A stretch of 64,000 nucleotides of DNA from NCBI GenBank assembly GCA_049965555.1, contig JBMFWF010000001.1:8895-72894 (forward strand), in the 5' to 3' direction. The stretch is from Candidatus Parvarchaeum sp. GTDB lineage: Archaea > Nanobdellota > Nanobdellia > Parvarchaeales > Parvarchaeaceae. The position numbers and the translations under genes are program-made. The notes beneath the pieces are model-generated. The model saw only the letters and a program-made list of their open reading frames with translations. It was not told where the DNA came from and ran no database searches. Shown piece by piece: positions 26,864 through 36,239 of the stretch (the first letter of the stretch is position 1; the number at the start of each line of letters is the position of its first letter).

Positions 26864-27934
26864 TTATTTCAAACGCACCGTATTTAAAAGATCTTGGAAA
26901 CTACCGGCTGTTCTAAAGCCCTTTGGAGATAAGACCGTTCTGTCTTTGAAGCTTGACATAGGCAGTTCTGGCTGTTTCAGAAATGAAGAAATCTCGCTTG
27001 TAGTGTAGTACGAGAAAACATCCAATTCCTTTAAAACGGCTGTAAGATACTTTGACAATTTTGCAATTGAATCTTTAGAAAGGTTTGCTTTGTTTTCCTT
27101 TATACTAGAAAGCATAATGTTTACATCTTTTCTGCTGTATAAAGGCCCAAGCCATAACTTTCCAATCTTATGCATTTTAGAGCCGCAATAACTGCATTTG
27201 ATTGCAGCGGCAGTCTGCCTTGACGGGCACTTGCTGCATTGATACGCATATCCAATGCTTCCTTTCAATTTAGAATTAGTCGACTTGAAATATACTCTTA
27301 TAAAATTGCCTTCAAAATTGAAAATGATGGGCAGAAGAGTGATAGAGTGCATCTTAGCGGCTTCTAATACCTTTTTTATAAGTATTCTTATCGCAAGCTC
27401 GTTGCTGTATGAAGTTTTAAGTGAAACTGAGTTGTACTTCCGCAAGCATGCTTTCTTTGCACTGCCCATTAAAGCGGCCGTATCAGTTGCACTTACGGCG
27501 AGAATTCCTCCCTTTCTAAGAAATTCAAGCGAAGAATCGAGATAAAAAACAGGTGAGCCGAAAGGATCAATGTCTATGTAATCGTATTTTTTACTTGATT
27601 TAAAGGAAGCTGCATCCATGCTTGTTACAATTTTATCTGTTTTTAAAAGCTTCCTCTTGTTTATTTCTATATTGCGTTCTATTATTTCCCTTGATTTTAT
27701 GTCATTGAAATCAAAAGCAGAAAACTTTCCTGTTTCAATGCACAGCCTCAAAGCCCTAATGCCACTGCCGGAAAAAAGCTCCAAACCCGTAGAATTTTCG
27801 CGCATTAAAGAAGAAACTAGGAGTACATTGAGGTCTCTGTCAAATTTTCTTTTTGGATTGAAGAATACTTCCGCCTTTTTAAGCTGTTTGTCTTCTGCAA
27901 AAAACCTGACTTTGCCTTCACTAAAAAAATCCAT
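26864..27934 (-). CDS. trm1: tRNA (guanine26-N2)-dimethyltransferase Trm1
   Basis: FFNPKRKFDRDLNV, SAM-binding LELFSGSGIRALR, DIDPFGSP, and a C-terminal Cys cluster (CSKCPS..CSYCGS). Confidence 0.8.
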   Translation of the reverse strand: MDFFSEGKVRFFAEDKQLKKAEVFFNPKRKFDRDLNVLLVSSLMRENSTGLELFSGSGIRALRLCIETGKFSAFDFNDIKSREIIERNIEINKRKLLKTDKIVTSMDAASFKSSKKYDYIDIDPFGSPVFYLDSSLEFLRKGGILAVSATDTAALMGSAKKACLRKYNSVSLKTSYSNELAIRILIKKVLEAAKMHSITLLPIIFNFEGNFIRVYFKSTNSKLKGSIGYAYQCSKCPSRQTAAAIKCSYCGSKMHKIGKLWLGPLYSRKDVNIMLSSIKENKANLSKDSIAKLSKYLTAVLKELDVFSYYTTSEISSFLKQPELPMSSFKDRTVLSPKGFRTAGSFQDLLNTVRLK

Positions 27935-27985
27935 AATAATAAAAAGGCATGTAGGTCTTTAATAAGATTTTTTTGACACTGCAGT

Positions 27986-28909
27986 TTAATCGTCTATCTT
28001 AAACCTTTCCTTAAGGTTTAAGACCCTGTAAAGCTCTTTGTACCTGTTTCTTATCGTGACTTCAGTTATTCCTGCAGCTTTTGCAGCATCTCTTTGTGTC
28101 TTCTTCTCTTTGTTTATCAAAGTTGCAACATAAAGCACTGCCGCTGCTATGCCCATCGGGCCCTTTCCACTGGTAAGTCCTTTTTCCTCTGCCTCTTTAA
28201 GCAGTTTCACTGCATCTGAAACAGTCTTATTCGAAACTCCTAATTCAGAAGCGAATTTATAGATGTAATCACTTGGCGATGTTGGAAGTATTTTTATACC
28301 AAGCTCCCTGCAAAGCAGCCTGTAGGCCTTTCCGACTTCTTTTCTTTCAACTTCAAACGTATCTGAAATCTCATCCAATGTAATAGGCCTGTTGTGTTTC
28401 CTTGCAGCAGCGTAAAGAGCACCCGCAATGACGCTTTCCATTGACCTGCCCCTTACTAATCTCCTTGTTATAGCCTCTCTGTACATTTTAGCCGCTTCTT
28501 CTTGTATTATATTTGAAACATGTAAACGATTACTTGCATGCCTTAACTCCGTAAGTGCAAACTTTAAATTCCTTTCATAAGCAGTGGATATCCTTGGCTG
28601 CCATTTTCTTAATTTATAGAATGTTCTTCTGTTAGCATTTGAAAGCTTTATAGATTCGCTTGCCTTTCCTATAACAGTGCTTGTGCCCTTGTCATATTTT
28701 GCATAGCTTAATGGAGAACCCATTCTTCCTTTTCCTTCATCTCTCTCGTCTTCGAAAGAACGCCATTCTCTGCCATAGTCTATGGTATCGCTCTCTATTA
28801 CATATCCACAGTTCTGGCAGACTAACTCTCCAGTTGTTTTATCGTAGATAACTTCATCACTTCCACAGGAAGGACATTTAACATTGTATTTGCTTGTAAC
28901 GACTTTCAT
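27986..28909 (-). CDS. tfb: Transcription initiation factor IIB (TFB)
   Basis: N-terminal zinc ribbon CPSCGS...CQNCGYV, followed by two cyclin-fold repeats. 307 aa. Confidence 0.9.
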   Translation of the reverse strand: MKVVTSKYNVKCPSCGSDEVIYDKTTGELVCQNCGYVIESDTIDYGREWRSFEDERDEGKGRMGSPLSYAKYDKGTSTVIGKASESIKLSNANRRTFYKLRKWQPRISTAYERNLKFALTELRHASNRLHVSNIIQEEAAKMYREAITRRLVRGRSMESVIAGALYAAARKHNRPITLDEISDTFEVERKEVGKAYRLLCRELGIKILPTSPSDYIYKFASELGVSNKTVSDAVKLLKEAEEKGLTSGKGPMGIAAAVLYVATLINKEKKTQRDAAKAAGITEVTIRNRYKELYRVLNLKERFKIDD

Positions 28910-29024
28910 AAGATTTATATAGTATGATACTAGCTAGTATTTAAAGCTTTCGTTTTATGCTATTTTATCAGCTTATTGTTCAAATCTTTTATTTTTAAAT
29001 ACCTTAAACGGAGCATTTATATTA

Positions 29025-30731
29025 TTAAGAAACACTGCCAAAAGAAACCGATGGCATAACTCCGTTTGGAGGAGCTGATGGTGAGTAATACGTAACAGGA
29101 TTATTGCTCCACAAAGCTGTATAAGCGCCCCCTCCATCTTCATAGTAATCTAGCTCTAGTCTTACTGAGCCAACAGTAGAGATAGTTCCTGAGTAAGTAG
29201 TGAAACCTTGAGTATGCCAAGCAGAAATTACATTATCTGGAACTGTCGTGCCACCTAGCCAATAAGCACCATTAGAGCTAGAAGCGGAAGTAGAATAACT
29301 TAGAGCAATACCATCGTCAGTTCCTTCGTAGAAGGTTGTAGAGGAATTAATTATTGCCCAGCCTATTGCTTTTATAATCCAGCTATAGTCATTTTCACTT
29401 ACTCCTGCAGAATCTGGATTAGAAATAGGAGGATTTGGATATGGAGCTCCACCTGAATAACCATATTGATAGTTCATAACTACATAATTCTCTGTAGTGC
29501 CATCAACGTTTTGAGAAGTTCCTTCTGCTGGAGTGTAGAAGGGATTTGTTGAAGAAGTAAAGGTTGCACAAGATTGAATGCTTACACCATTATTCAAAGT
29601 AGCAGCGTATACATTGTTTTGGTACCCATTAGAATCGCAAGTTGAGGTTGGATAAACGTAAATTTGGTATTCTAATCCTGGATTCATTACACTAGCTATA
29701 TCATTATATTCATAATAAGTAGGACTTAGCTGAGGCGCCTCCCCTGTGTTTACTGTGTTTAAAACATTACTGCTTTCTGGGAAAAAATCCATATAAACAG
29801 TTGTGGATGTAAAACTGCCTAATTTAAGCCAATATGCAACTATCTGTGTGCTTGATGTGCCATTTTCCCTCCAACTTGGGATTACTGTCCCATTAGGGTA
29901 TAAAAATTCTATATTTTGGAGATTCGAAGCCGCATAAGAGCTGTAATCATTCATGTTTACTGTAACTTCTTGTTGAAATGGATTTGAAGTAGCAGAAGAA
30001 GATGTTATAGTTAGTGGGACATAAGCTACTGGTTGCTGAGAAGAAACGCATTGAGATGCATAATCCCCTGAGTTTGAGGGAGTAACCTCGATAACGTACT
30101 CTGAATGGTAAGCAGAAGCTACAACGCTTCCAGAAGCCGTACTTGGTGATGACGAAGAAGTTGAGCTAATTGAACTTCCAAGGTAAACTCCATTCGTTGA
30201 AAAAACGCTGATATTAAATGTAACTGGAGAATTCGTAGGCAGAAATGAAGAATTATAAAATTCTAAATTGTATGATATTGTGGTACCCGAAGCTGTATAT
30301 GATTGAGAAATATAAGAAATAGCGAATCTCAAACCTAAAATAGCACTGCCGTTAACTGTCTTTACAAATGCATCAAAAGTTCCTCCCGACAAAGGCAGCA
30401 TTCCTGATACATTTTCTGCTGGTTTTGACACGCCCAGTTCAGTAGTAGTTTGTAACTTTATTATATTTCCACAAAAGAAAGAGTATTGTGGTTCAAGCAA
30501 AGGCACAGTAATCGGAAAAGTCTGCATTGATCCTGGGCCCTGGGAAGCCACATAATTAACTTCATTTGCAAGGTTGTTTGCAGCGGTGGTTATCTGGCTG
30601 GCGGAAGAGCTTAAAGCAAATGAACCGTAAAAAAGCATTACATATACTACAAATGCAGCAATAATGCTTATGCCAATACCTATTACTATTACATATTCTG
30701 CTGAGTACTGGCCTTTTTTAAGATACGACAT
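29025..30731 (-). CDS. Prepilin-signal surface protein with a DUF2341-like middle region and a PA14-like C-terminal domain (putative adhesin)
   Basis: MSYLKKG|QYSAEYVIVIGIGISIIAAFVVYV leader. Middle region NIEFLYPNGTVIPSWRENG..AYWLKLG..TVYMDF. C-terminal ..FYEGTDDGIALSY...VRLELDYYEDGGGAYTALWS matches the PA14 pattern. Confidence 0.6.
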   Translation of the reverse strand: MSYLKKGQYSAEYVIVIGIGISIIAAFVVYVMLFYGSFALSSSASQITTAANNLANEVNYVASQGPGSMQTFPITVPLLEPQYSFFCGNIIKLQTTTELGVSKPAENVSGMLPLSGGTFDAFVKTVNGSAILGLRFAISYISQSYTASGTTISYNLEFYNSSFLPTNSPVTFNISVFSTNGVYLGSSISSTSSSSPSTASGSVVASAYHSEYVIEVTPSNSGDYASQCVSSQQPVAYVPLTITSSSATSNPFQQEVTVNMNDYSSYAASNLQNIEFLYPNGTVIPSWRENGTSSTQIVAYWLKLGSFTSTTVYMDFFPESSNVLNTVNTGEAPQLSPTYYEYNDIASVMNPGLEYQIYVYPTSTCDSNGYQNNVYAATLNNGVSIQSCATFTSSTNPFYTPAEGTSQNVDGTTENYVVMNYQYGYSGGAPYPNPPISNPDSAGVSENDYSWIIKAIGWAIINSSTTFYEGTDDGIALSYSTSASSSNGAYWLGGTTVPDNVISAWHTQGFTTYSGTISTVGSVRLELDYYEDGGGAYTALWSNNPVTYYSPSAPPNGVMPSVSFGSVS

Positions 30732-30768
30732 AAATATTAATATTTGTCATTTAAGTATTAAATATTGA

Positions 30769-31917
30769 ATGGTATCTGACAATAAAATAAAAATAGCAAT
30801 ATTTGTCCCTTGGATAAAAAGCAAGGGAGGGGTTGAAAGGGCGATTCTAAAAGTTTTGGAGGACAAAAAATACGAAAGTGATGTTTTTACTTTTTTTTAT
30901 GACAAAGAAAATACATTCGATGACTTCAAAAAATACAATGTTAAGGTACTTGGAAATGCGGATCCAGAAGGCTTCCTAAAAAGGGGATTTAACCTTTTCA
31001 AAGCGCTAATACTTACAAAGATACCTAACTTAGAAGATTATGACATCTTCATGATTTCAACTGCGGGGATAGCTGAATTCATAACATTTAGAAATAGGCA
31101 TAATAAAACGGTTGCAATGTGCCATACCCCTTTAAGGGTTGCACACACGATGTATAGTTATTACAGAATGCAAAACTTGAAAAATAAGATCTCTTTACCG
31201 ATTATAGTTTCATTCTATAAGCTCTTAGAAAAGGCTGCATGGAGAAGGATAGATTATGCGCTTGTTTTCAGCAATGAAGTTAAGGAAAGACTAGTCAACT
31301 ATAAACTGATGAACAAAGAAAGAATATTCAACCTTGGCCCGCATGTAAATTATTCCAAGATAAAAAAAGGAGGTAAAACTGAGAAAATAATCTTTTATCC
31401 TAGCAGGTTCATAAGATACAAAAGACAAGAACTTGCAATAAAAGCGTTCAATCTTTCTAATATGCCTAAAAAGGGCTTTAAATTGGTTTTAGGCGGCTTC
31501 GTAGAGGACAGGGAATACTTTGAAAGCTTGAAAAGACTTGAAAGCAAACATATAATAGTAAAGGAGAACCTGTCAGAAAAAGAACTTACAGACCTTTACA
31601 GGAAATGTTATATAACATTATTCTTAGCAATAAACGAGGATACGGGACTTACTCCACTAGAATCACTTGCGTATGGAAAGCCAGTTATTTCAGTAAATGA
31701 AGGGGGCCCTAAAGAATTTATAAAAAATGAAGTGAATGGCCTGCTTGTAAATGCGGATGAAAGAAGCGTAGCTGATGCCCTTGACAAGGTACTTGATAAA
31801 AAGCTATATGCAAAATTGGTAGATGGTGCAAAGAAATCAATAAGATACGATGAAAAAAGGTTTATGAAAAATCTGGAAAGCGCAATATCTTCAATCCTAG
31901 AAAAAGCTTATAAATAA
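30769..31917 (+). CDS. Glycosyltransferase, GT4 (group 1) family
   Basis: C-terminal EDTGLTPLESLAYGKPVISVNEGGPKEFI is the GT4 E-x7-E region. Confidence 0.75.
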   Translation: MVSDNKIKIAIFVPWIKSKGGVERAILKVLEDKKYESDVFTFFYDKENTFDDFKKYNVKVLGNADPEGFLKRGFNLFKALILTKIPNLEDYDIFMISTAGIAEFITFRNRHNKTVAMCHTPLRVAHTMYSYYRMQNLKNKISLPIIVSFYKLLEKAAWRRIDYALVFSNEVKERLVNYKLMNKERIFNLGPHVNYSKIKKGGKTEKIIFYPSRFIRYKRQELAIKAFNLSNMPKKGFKLVLGGFVEDREYFESLKRLESKHIIVKENLSEKELTDLYRKCYITLFLAINEDTGLTPLESLAYGKPVISVNEGGPKEFIKNEVNGLLVNADERSVADALDKVLDKKLYAKLVDGAKKSIRYDEKRFMKNLESAISSILEKAYK

Positions 31918-31935
31918 TACAAAGTAATACTTTGT

Positions 31936-32757
31936 ATGAAGAAAAGAATAACTATAACTATAAATGAAAAGACACTTGAAAAAATAGACAAAACAATTGA
32001 CGGAATAAATATACCAAACAGATCGATAGCAATAGAACGCTTAATAAAAGAGCATTTTGAACCAAATAAAAACAAAATGGCCCTTATATTGGCAGGTGGT
32101 TCAGGCACTAGGCTAAGGCCACTTACATATGAAATACCCAAGCCAATGATGCCTGTCAATGGCAGGCCCATACTGGAACACATAATAGAGCAGCTTAAAA
32201 AAGCTGAGTTTATAGATATAATAATTTCAATAGGATACCTTGGCAGCAAGATCAAAGAATACTTTGGAGACGGCAGCAAATTCGGTGTGAGGATAAGGTA
32301 TTCAGAGGAGACTACCCCGATGGGCACAGGGGGTGCAATAAAAAAGAACCAAAATATCTTTCATGATGATTTCATTGTTCTTAATGGAGATAACCTTTTT
32401 GATTTTGATCTAAACAAGATGTATGATTTCCACAAGAAAGACAAGGCTATGGCAACCATCGCATTGGTCTCGCAGGATGACGTTTCTCAATTTGGTGTGG
32501 TTGAAATGGAAGGAAACAAAATAGTAAAATTTATAGAAAAGCCGAAAACAGAACAGGTGTCTCACCTAGTAAATGCAGGAATATATGTCATCAATCCAGC
32601 GTTTCTAAATTTCATACCGCAGGGAGAATCAAATATATCAAAAATATTTGAACAAGTGGCTGAAAAAAGGATAATCGATGGGTTTATTTATGCTGGTAAA
32701 TGGTTGCCCTGTGATAGCATGGATCTGTATGAGAAAGCAATTAAGAACTGGCCTTAA
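31936..32757 (+). CDS. Ribbon-helix-helix domain fused to a sugar-1-phosphate nucleotidyltransferase
   Basis: Residues 1-45, KRITITINEKTLEKIDKTI..NRSIAIERLIKEHF, look like a CopG/Arc-type RHH. From M48, MALILAGGSGTRLRPLTYEIPKPMMPV is a canonical NTP-transferase N-terminus. No stop lies between them. Confidence 0.65.
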   Translation: MKKRITITINEKTLEKIDKTIDGINIPNRSIAIERLIKEHFEPNKNKMALILAGGSGTRLRPLTYEIPKPMMPVNGRPILEHIIEQLKKAEFIDIIISIGYLGSKIKEYFGDGSKFGVRIRYSEETTPMGTGGAIKKNQNIFHDDFIVLNGDNLFDFDLNKMYDFHKKDKAMATIALVSQDDVSQFGVVEMEGNKIVKFIEKPKTEQVSHLVNAGIYVINPAFLNFIPQGESNISKIFEQVAEKRIIDGFIYAGKWLPCDSMDLYEKAIKNWP

Positions 32758-34469
32758 ATCCCTTTTATTTTCCTAATCTCGGATAGTGCTTCCTTATAGT
32801 CATCTGTAAGTTCTGCAGATATGTCATCAAACTTCATTACGTCTGGCATGCTTATGTCAGTATAGAGGATATCACCGTCTATTATGCTCCTACCGTAAAC
32901 AGCATCATCTATGCTTATTGCAACCTTGTCTCCCTTTACTGCTTTGCTAAGCTTCATTTTATCAGATTCTATCTCCAAGATCTTGCCTATTCGTTCACCT
33001 TTTGAATTTATAACCGGGTAATTAGGCCGTATCTCGCCTGCCAGCACTTCTACCCCAAAAACGCAGGGATTGGAACGGCGGAATATGTTCCCCTTTATAA
33101 AAACAAATTTAGAAGGAAGTTTTAGTCTTTCCAGCTTTTTCTCAAGGTTCATGTTGTTTAGCTCCTTCTTAAACTCATTGTAGCTATCAAATAGGGTGTA
33201 GATAGAATTCGCGCTTATGATCTTTACACTGTATTCTTCTGCTATGCTTTCTGTCTGCCTTGAGATGGGAACATTAAAGCACATCACTGCGCCGCCGTTT
33301 ATACTTGCAGTCATTATGTCGGTCTTTGATGGTTCCCCTATCTTTGTTTTTCCTACTTCTATTCCAAATGAGTTTGCTATATTTTTAATCGCATCTATGC
33401 TTCCAAGAGAATCTGCACATACTACCAAGCCCTTTGTTTCATCGTTGTTTTGTCCAAAGTTTTCTGCATTTATATCCTCTATTATTTTCTTCTTCTCTTC
33501 TTCTGATGAAAAGACTATTATCGATGTGCCGATCATTGCATTTGGCTCACGCAGAATAAGCCTTATTGGGGCAGTTGCCTCAATTGAAGAAAGGCTTTCG
33601 TACTTGCCAAAGTTCTCGCGGCTTTCTTCCAAGGGGATAAGACGCATAATACCCTTTATCTTGTTTTCAGCAGGCCCATCCATAGTTTGCACTATTACCG
33701 AATCCCCTACAGATATCTTTCCAGAATAGACAATTGCGTCGTATACCTTCCCTAATCCCTTTATGTTCTTTTCCTCCAGTATTGCTGCACTGTTAGATTC
33801 CTGCTTTTCAAGTTCCAAGTACCTTTGACTTAGACCTATTATCATTACTATGAGATCTTTTATCCCTATTCCATTGACAGATGACAAAGGGATAACTGCC
33901 ACTTCTTTTGTAAAATCTTTAACTCTGTCATACCTCTCCGCCTGAAAACCGTAATTTGAAAAGTCAGATACAATGCCGTACACTTTCTCGTCAAGTTTCT
34001 GTGCATAATCCTGATTCTGTTTTGATATGAAATCAAGGAAGGAGCTGTTCTCCATCTTGTAGAACCCTCTTATCGTATCTATCTTAGTAAGGGCTATCAA
34101 AAAAGGCGTCTTGTATGACTTCAGTATCTCAATTGATTCTATTGTCTGATTTTGTATGCCTTCTGTTATGTCTACTGTCAATATTGCTATATCCGCGATA
34201 GATGCTCCTCTTCTTCTTAATGTGACAAAGGCTTCGTGGCCTGGAGAGTCTATGAATATTATGCTTGGAACCTTTATGCTTATATTGAACTTAGAAAGAA
34301 GATCGCTTGCTATTTCTTTTATCCTATCAGTAGGTACTTCAGTTGAACCTATATTTTGAGTTAGACCGCCGCTTTCTTTATATGCGTTCATTGTATCCCT
34401 TATAGCATCCATTATACTGGTTTTGCCTGCATCTACATGTCCTAAAAAAGCGCATATTGGTGATCTCAT
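32754..34469 (-). CDS. infB: Translation initiation factor aIF5B (IF-2 family GTPase)
   Basis: RSPICAFLGHVDAGKTSIMDAIR (G1), DSPGHEAF (G3), TKID (G4). 571 aa. Confidence 0.88.
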   Translation of the reverse strand: MRSPICAFLGHVDAGKTSIMDAIRDTMNAYKESGGLTQNIGSTEVPTDRIKEIASDLLSKFNISIKVPSIIFIDSPGHEAFVTLRRRGASIADIAILTVDITEGIQNQTIESIEILKSYKTPFLIALTKIDTIRGFYKMENSSFLDFISKQNQDYAQKLDEKVYGIVSDFSNYGFQAERYDRVKDFTKEVAVIPLSSVNGIGIKDLIVMIIGLSQRYLELEKQESNSAAILEEKNIKGLGKVYDAIVYSGKISVGDSVIVQTMDGPAENKIKGIMRLIPLEESRENFGKYESLSSIEATAPIRLILREPNAMIGTSIIVFSSEEEKKKIIEDINAENFGQNNDETKGLVVCADSLGSIDAIKNIANSFGIEVGKTKIGEPSKTDIMTASINGGAVMCFNVPISRQTESIAEEYSVKIISANSIYTLFDSYNEFKKELNNMNLEKKLERLKLPSKFVFIKGNIFRRSNPCVFGVEVLAGEIRPNYPVINSKGERIGKILEIESDKMKLSKAVKGDKVAISIDDAVYGRSIIDGDILYTDISMPDVMKFDDISAELTDDYKEALSEIRKIKGI

Positions 34470-34599
34470 AGCTCAAACCTCTAGATAATGGTATTAAATA
34501 TGTTGTTATCACTAATAAAGTTAACTAATTTTATGCTTTCTGTCACTAAACTCAGAAGTGTAATATAAGATATTTATATTATAACCGGTTAATAAAAAA

Positions 34600-35247
34600 A
34601 TGGAAGAGATGCTTATACTGCTTAAACCAGATGGAATGGTAAGAAGATATGCTGGTGCAAGGGCATTGAAAAATATATTAGATCTCGGAGTTGGTATAAA
34701 ATTTTTCCAAGTATTAAAACCTAAGAAAGAATTCCTTGCAGACAGACATTATGGTGAACACAAAGGAAAATTCTTCTATAACAATTTGGTAAATTTCATG
34801 TCAGCGACCGAACTAGCTGTGATAATAGCTAGCGGTGAGAATGTAGTCGATAATGTAAGAAATTTATTGGGAAAAACGATGTGCGAGAAAGCAGATCCAT
34901 TATCAATAAGGGGTAGATACGGAACAACGAAGGGGATTAACTTAGTTCATGCATCTGATAGCAAGGAGAGCGCTGAAAAAGAAGTCAAGCTCTGGAAAGA
35001 AATTATAAACATTGAAGAGAAGGACTACAAAAAAGAGATGGAGGCCTATATAAAGGCGTATGAAAACTTCCCAATGATAGACTCAGTAAGATACAGAGAG
35101 ATAAGTAAGGACTTAAGCGATGGGAAAATTTCAAAAGAAGAGGCTGAAAAAATAATAAACGAACTCTTAACTAAGGAAACTGATTTTGAGCAGGAAACAG
35201 TAAACAAACTTCCCGCTTTGATAACAGAGAACATTCTATTAGGTTGA
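34600..35247 (+). CDS. ndk: Nucleoside diphosphate kinase with a ~65-aa C-terminal extension
   Basis: LILLKPDGMVRR, SIRGRYG and NLVHASDS are the NDK motifs including the catalytic His. Extra K/E-rich tail. Confidence 0.75.
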   Translation: MEEMLILLKPDGMVRRYAGARALKNILDLGVGIKFFQVLKPKKEFLADRHYGEHKGKFFYNNLVNFMSATELAVIIASGENVVDNVRNLLGKTMCEKADPLSIRGRYGTTKGINLVHASDSKESAEKEVKLWKEIINIEEKDYKKEMEAYIKAYENFPMIDSVRYREISKDLSDGKISKEEAEKIINELLTKETDFEQETVNKLPALITENILLG

Positions 35248-35300
35248 TGAATTAAAATTTAAAGTATTAATATAAGTTTATTTCATCTAGCTTTTATATT

Positions 35301-36239
35301 ATGGCGGATGAAAAAATAGGCAAAGCCGTAATTCTAGCTGCCGGAAATGGCAGTCATCTTCGCCCATTTAGCAACTACATACCAAAGCCTTTTCTTCCTT
35401 ATGCAGACAAACCAATAATATATCACCATATTAAAAATCTGGCAGAAGCAGGCATAAAGGAAATTGTTATAGTAACTAGGAGAGATGAGGATAATAACGG
35501 ATCCTTTAAGCTTCAAAATCAATACTTGAAAGACTTGAAAAAAGACCCTGAATTGAAGGGAATAAACTTAGAGATTGTGTATCAAGCAGAGGACCCTGTA
35601 ACAAAAAAACCAAGAGGCACCGCTGACGCAATACTGGCTGCAGAAGAACAACTGAAAGGTCAGAACTACATAGTTCTATTAGGCGATTTAATAATAGAAA
35701 GCAACAACGGAAATAATTACATAAAGGACATAATAAATCATTTCAATGGCAGACCAATGTTTTCTGCTGATAAAGTTAAGAGAGAAGATGCGAAGAAAGG
35801 AGGATTTGTAAGAGGCAAGAAACTTGATAATATACTTCTCGAGATGGATGAAGCAGTAGAAAAGCCAGATGATTACATTTTGGACACGGCAATAAACAAT
35901 GATGGTAATTATAATGTAATGTGGGGAGGGACGTATATTTTAAATAAGGACAGCATTAAATACCTAAAAGAAGTTGAGAAAGGAAAAGACAATGAACTGA
36001 ATATAACGGATGCTATATCCCTTCAATGCAAAAAAGAAAATAAGAAAGCATACGGTTTCTTTATAGACGCAAAAACTTACAAATGTAGAGATTTTGGCAG
36101 AATAGAGCACTGGATAGAGAATAACCTTGAAGATAAAAACATAGAAAAATTCAAGGATTCGCTTAAATTTTACACAAAAGAATTCACAGATCTTGTATAT
36201 AAATATGTAAAAGAAAATTACAACTTGGACCTACTTTAA
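35301..36239 (+). CDS. Sugar-1-phosphate nucleotidyltransferase (GalU-like)
   Basis: AVILAAGNGSHLRPFSNYIPKPFLPYADKPII..AGIKEIVIVT is an NTP-transferase N-terminal fold. Confidence 0.65.
   Translation: MADEKIGKAVILAAGNGSHLRPFSNYIPKPFLPYADKPIIYHHIKNLAEAGIKEIVIVTRRDEDNNGSFKLQNQYLKDLKKDPELKGINLEIVYQAEDPVTKKPRGTADAILAAEEQLKGQNYIVLLGDLIIESNNGNNYIKDIINHFNGRPMFSADKVKREDAKKGGFVRGKKLDNILLEMDEAVEKPDDYILDTAINNDGNYNVMWGGTYILNKDSIKYLKEVEKGKDNELNITDAISLQCKKENKKAYGFFIDAKTYKCRDFGRIEHWIENNLEDKNIEKFKDSLKFYTKEFTDLVYKYVKENYNLDLL

Noticed and set aside
33217-34359. Plus-strand ORFs of 170 and 67 aa antisense to aIF5B
   Set aside because: Same reasoning. The minus-strand GTPase motifs are unambiguous.
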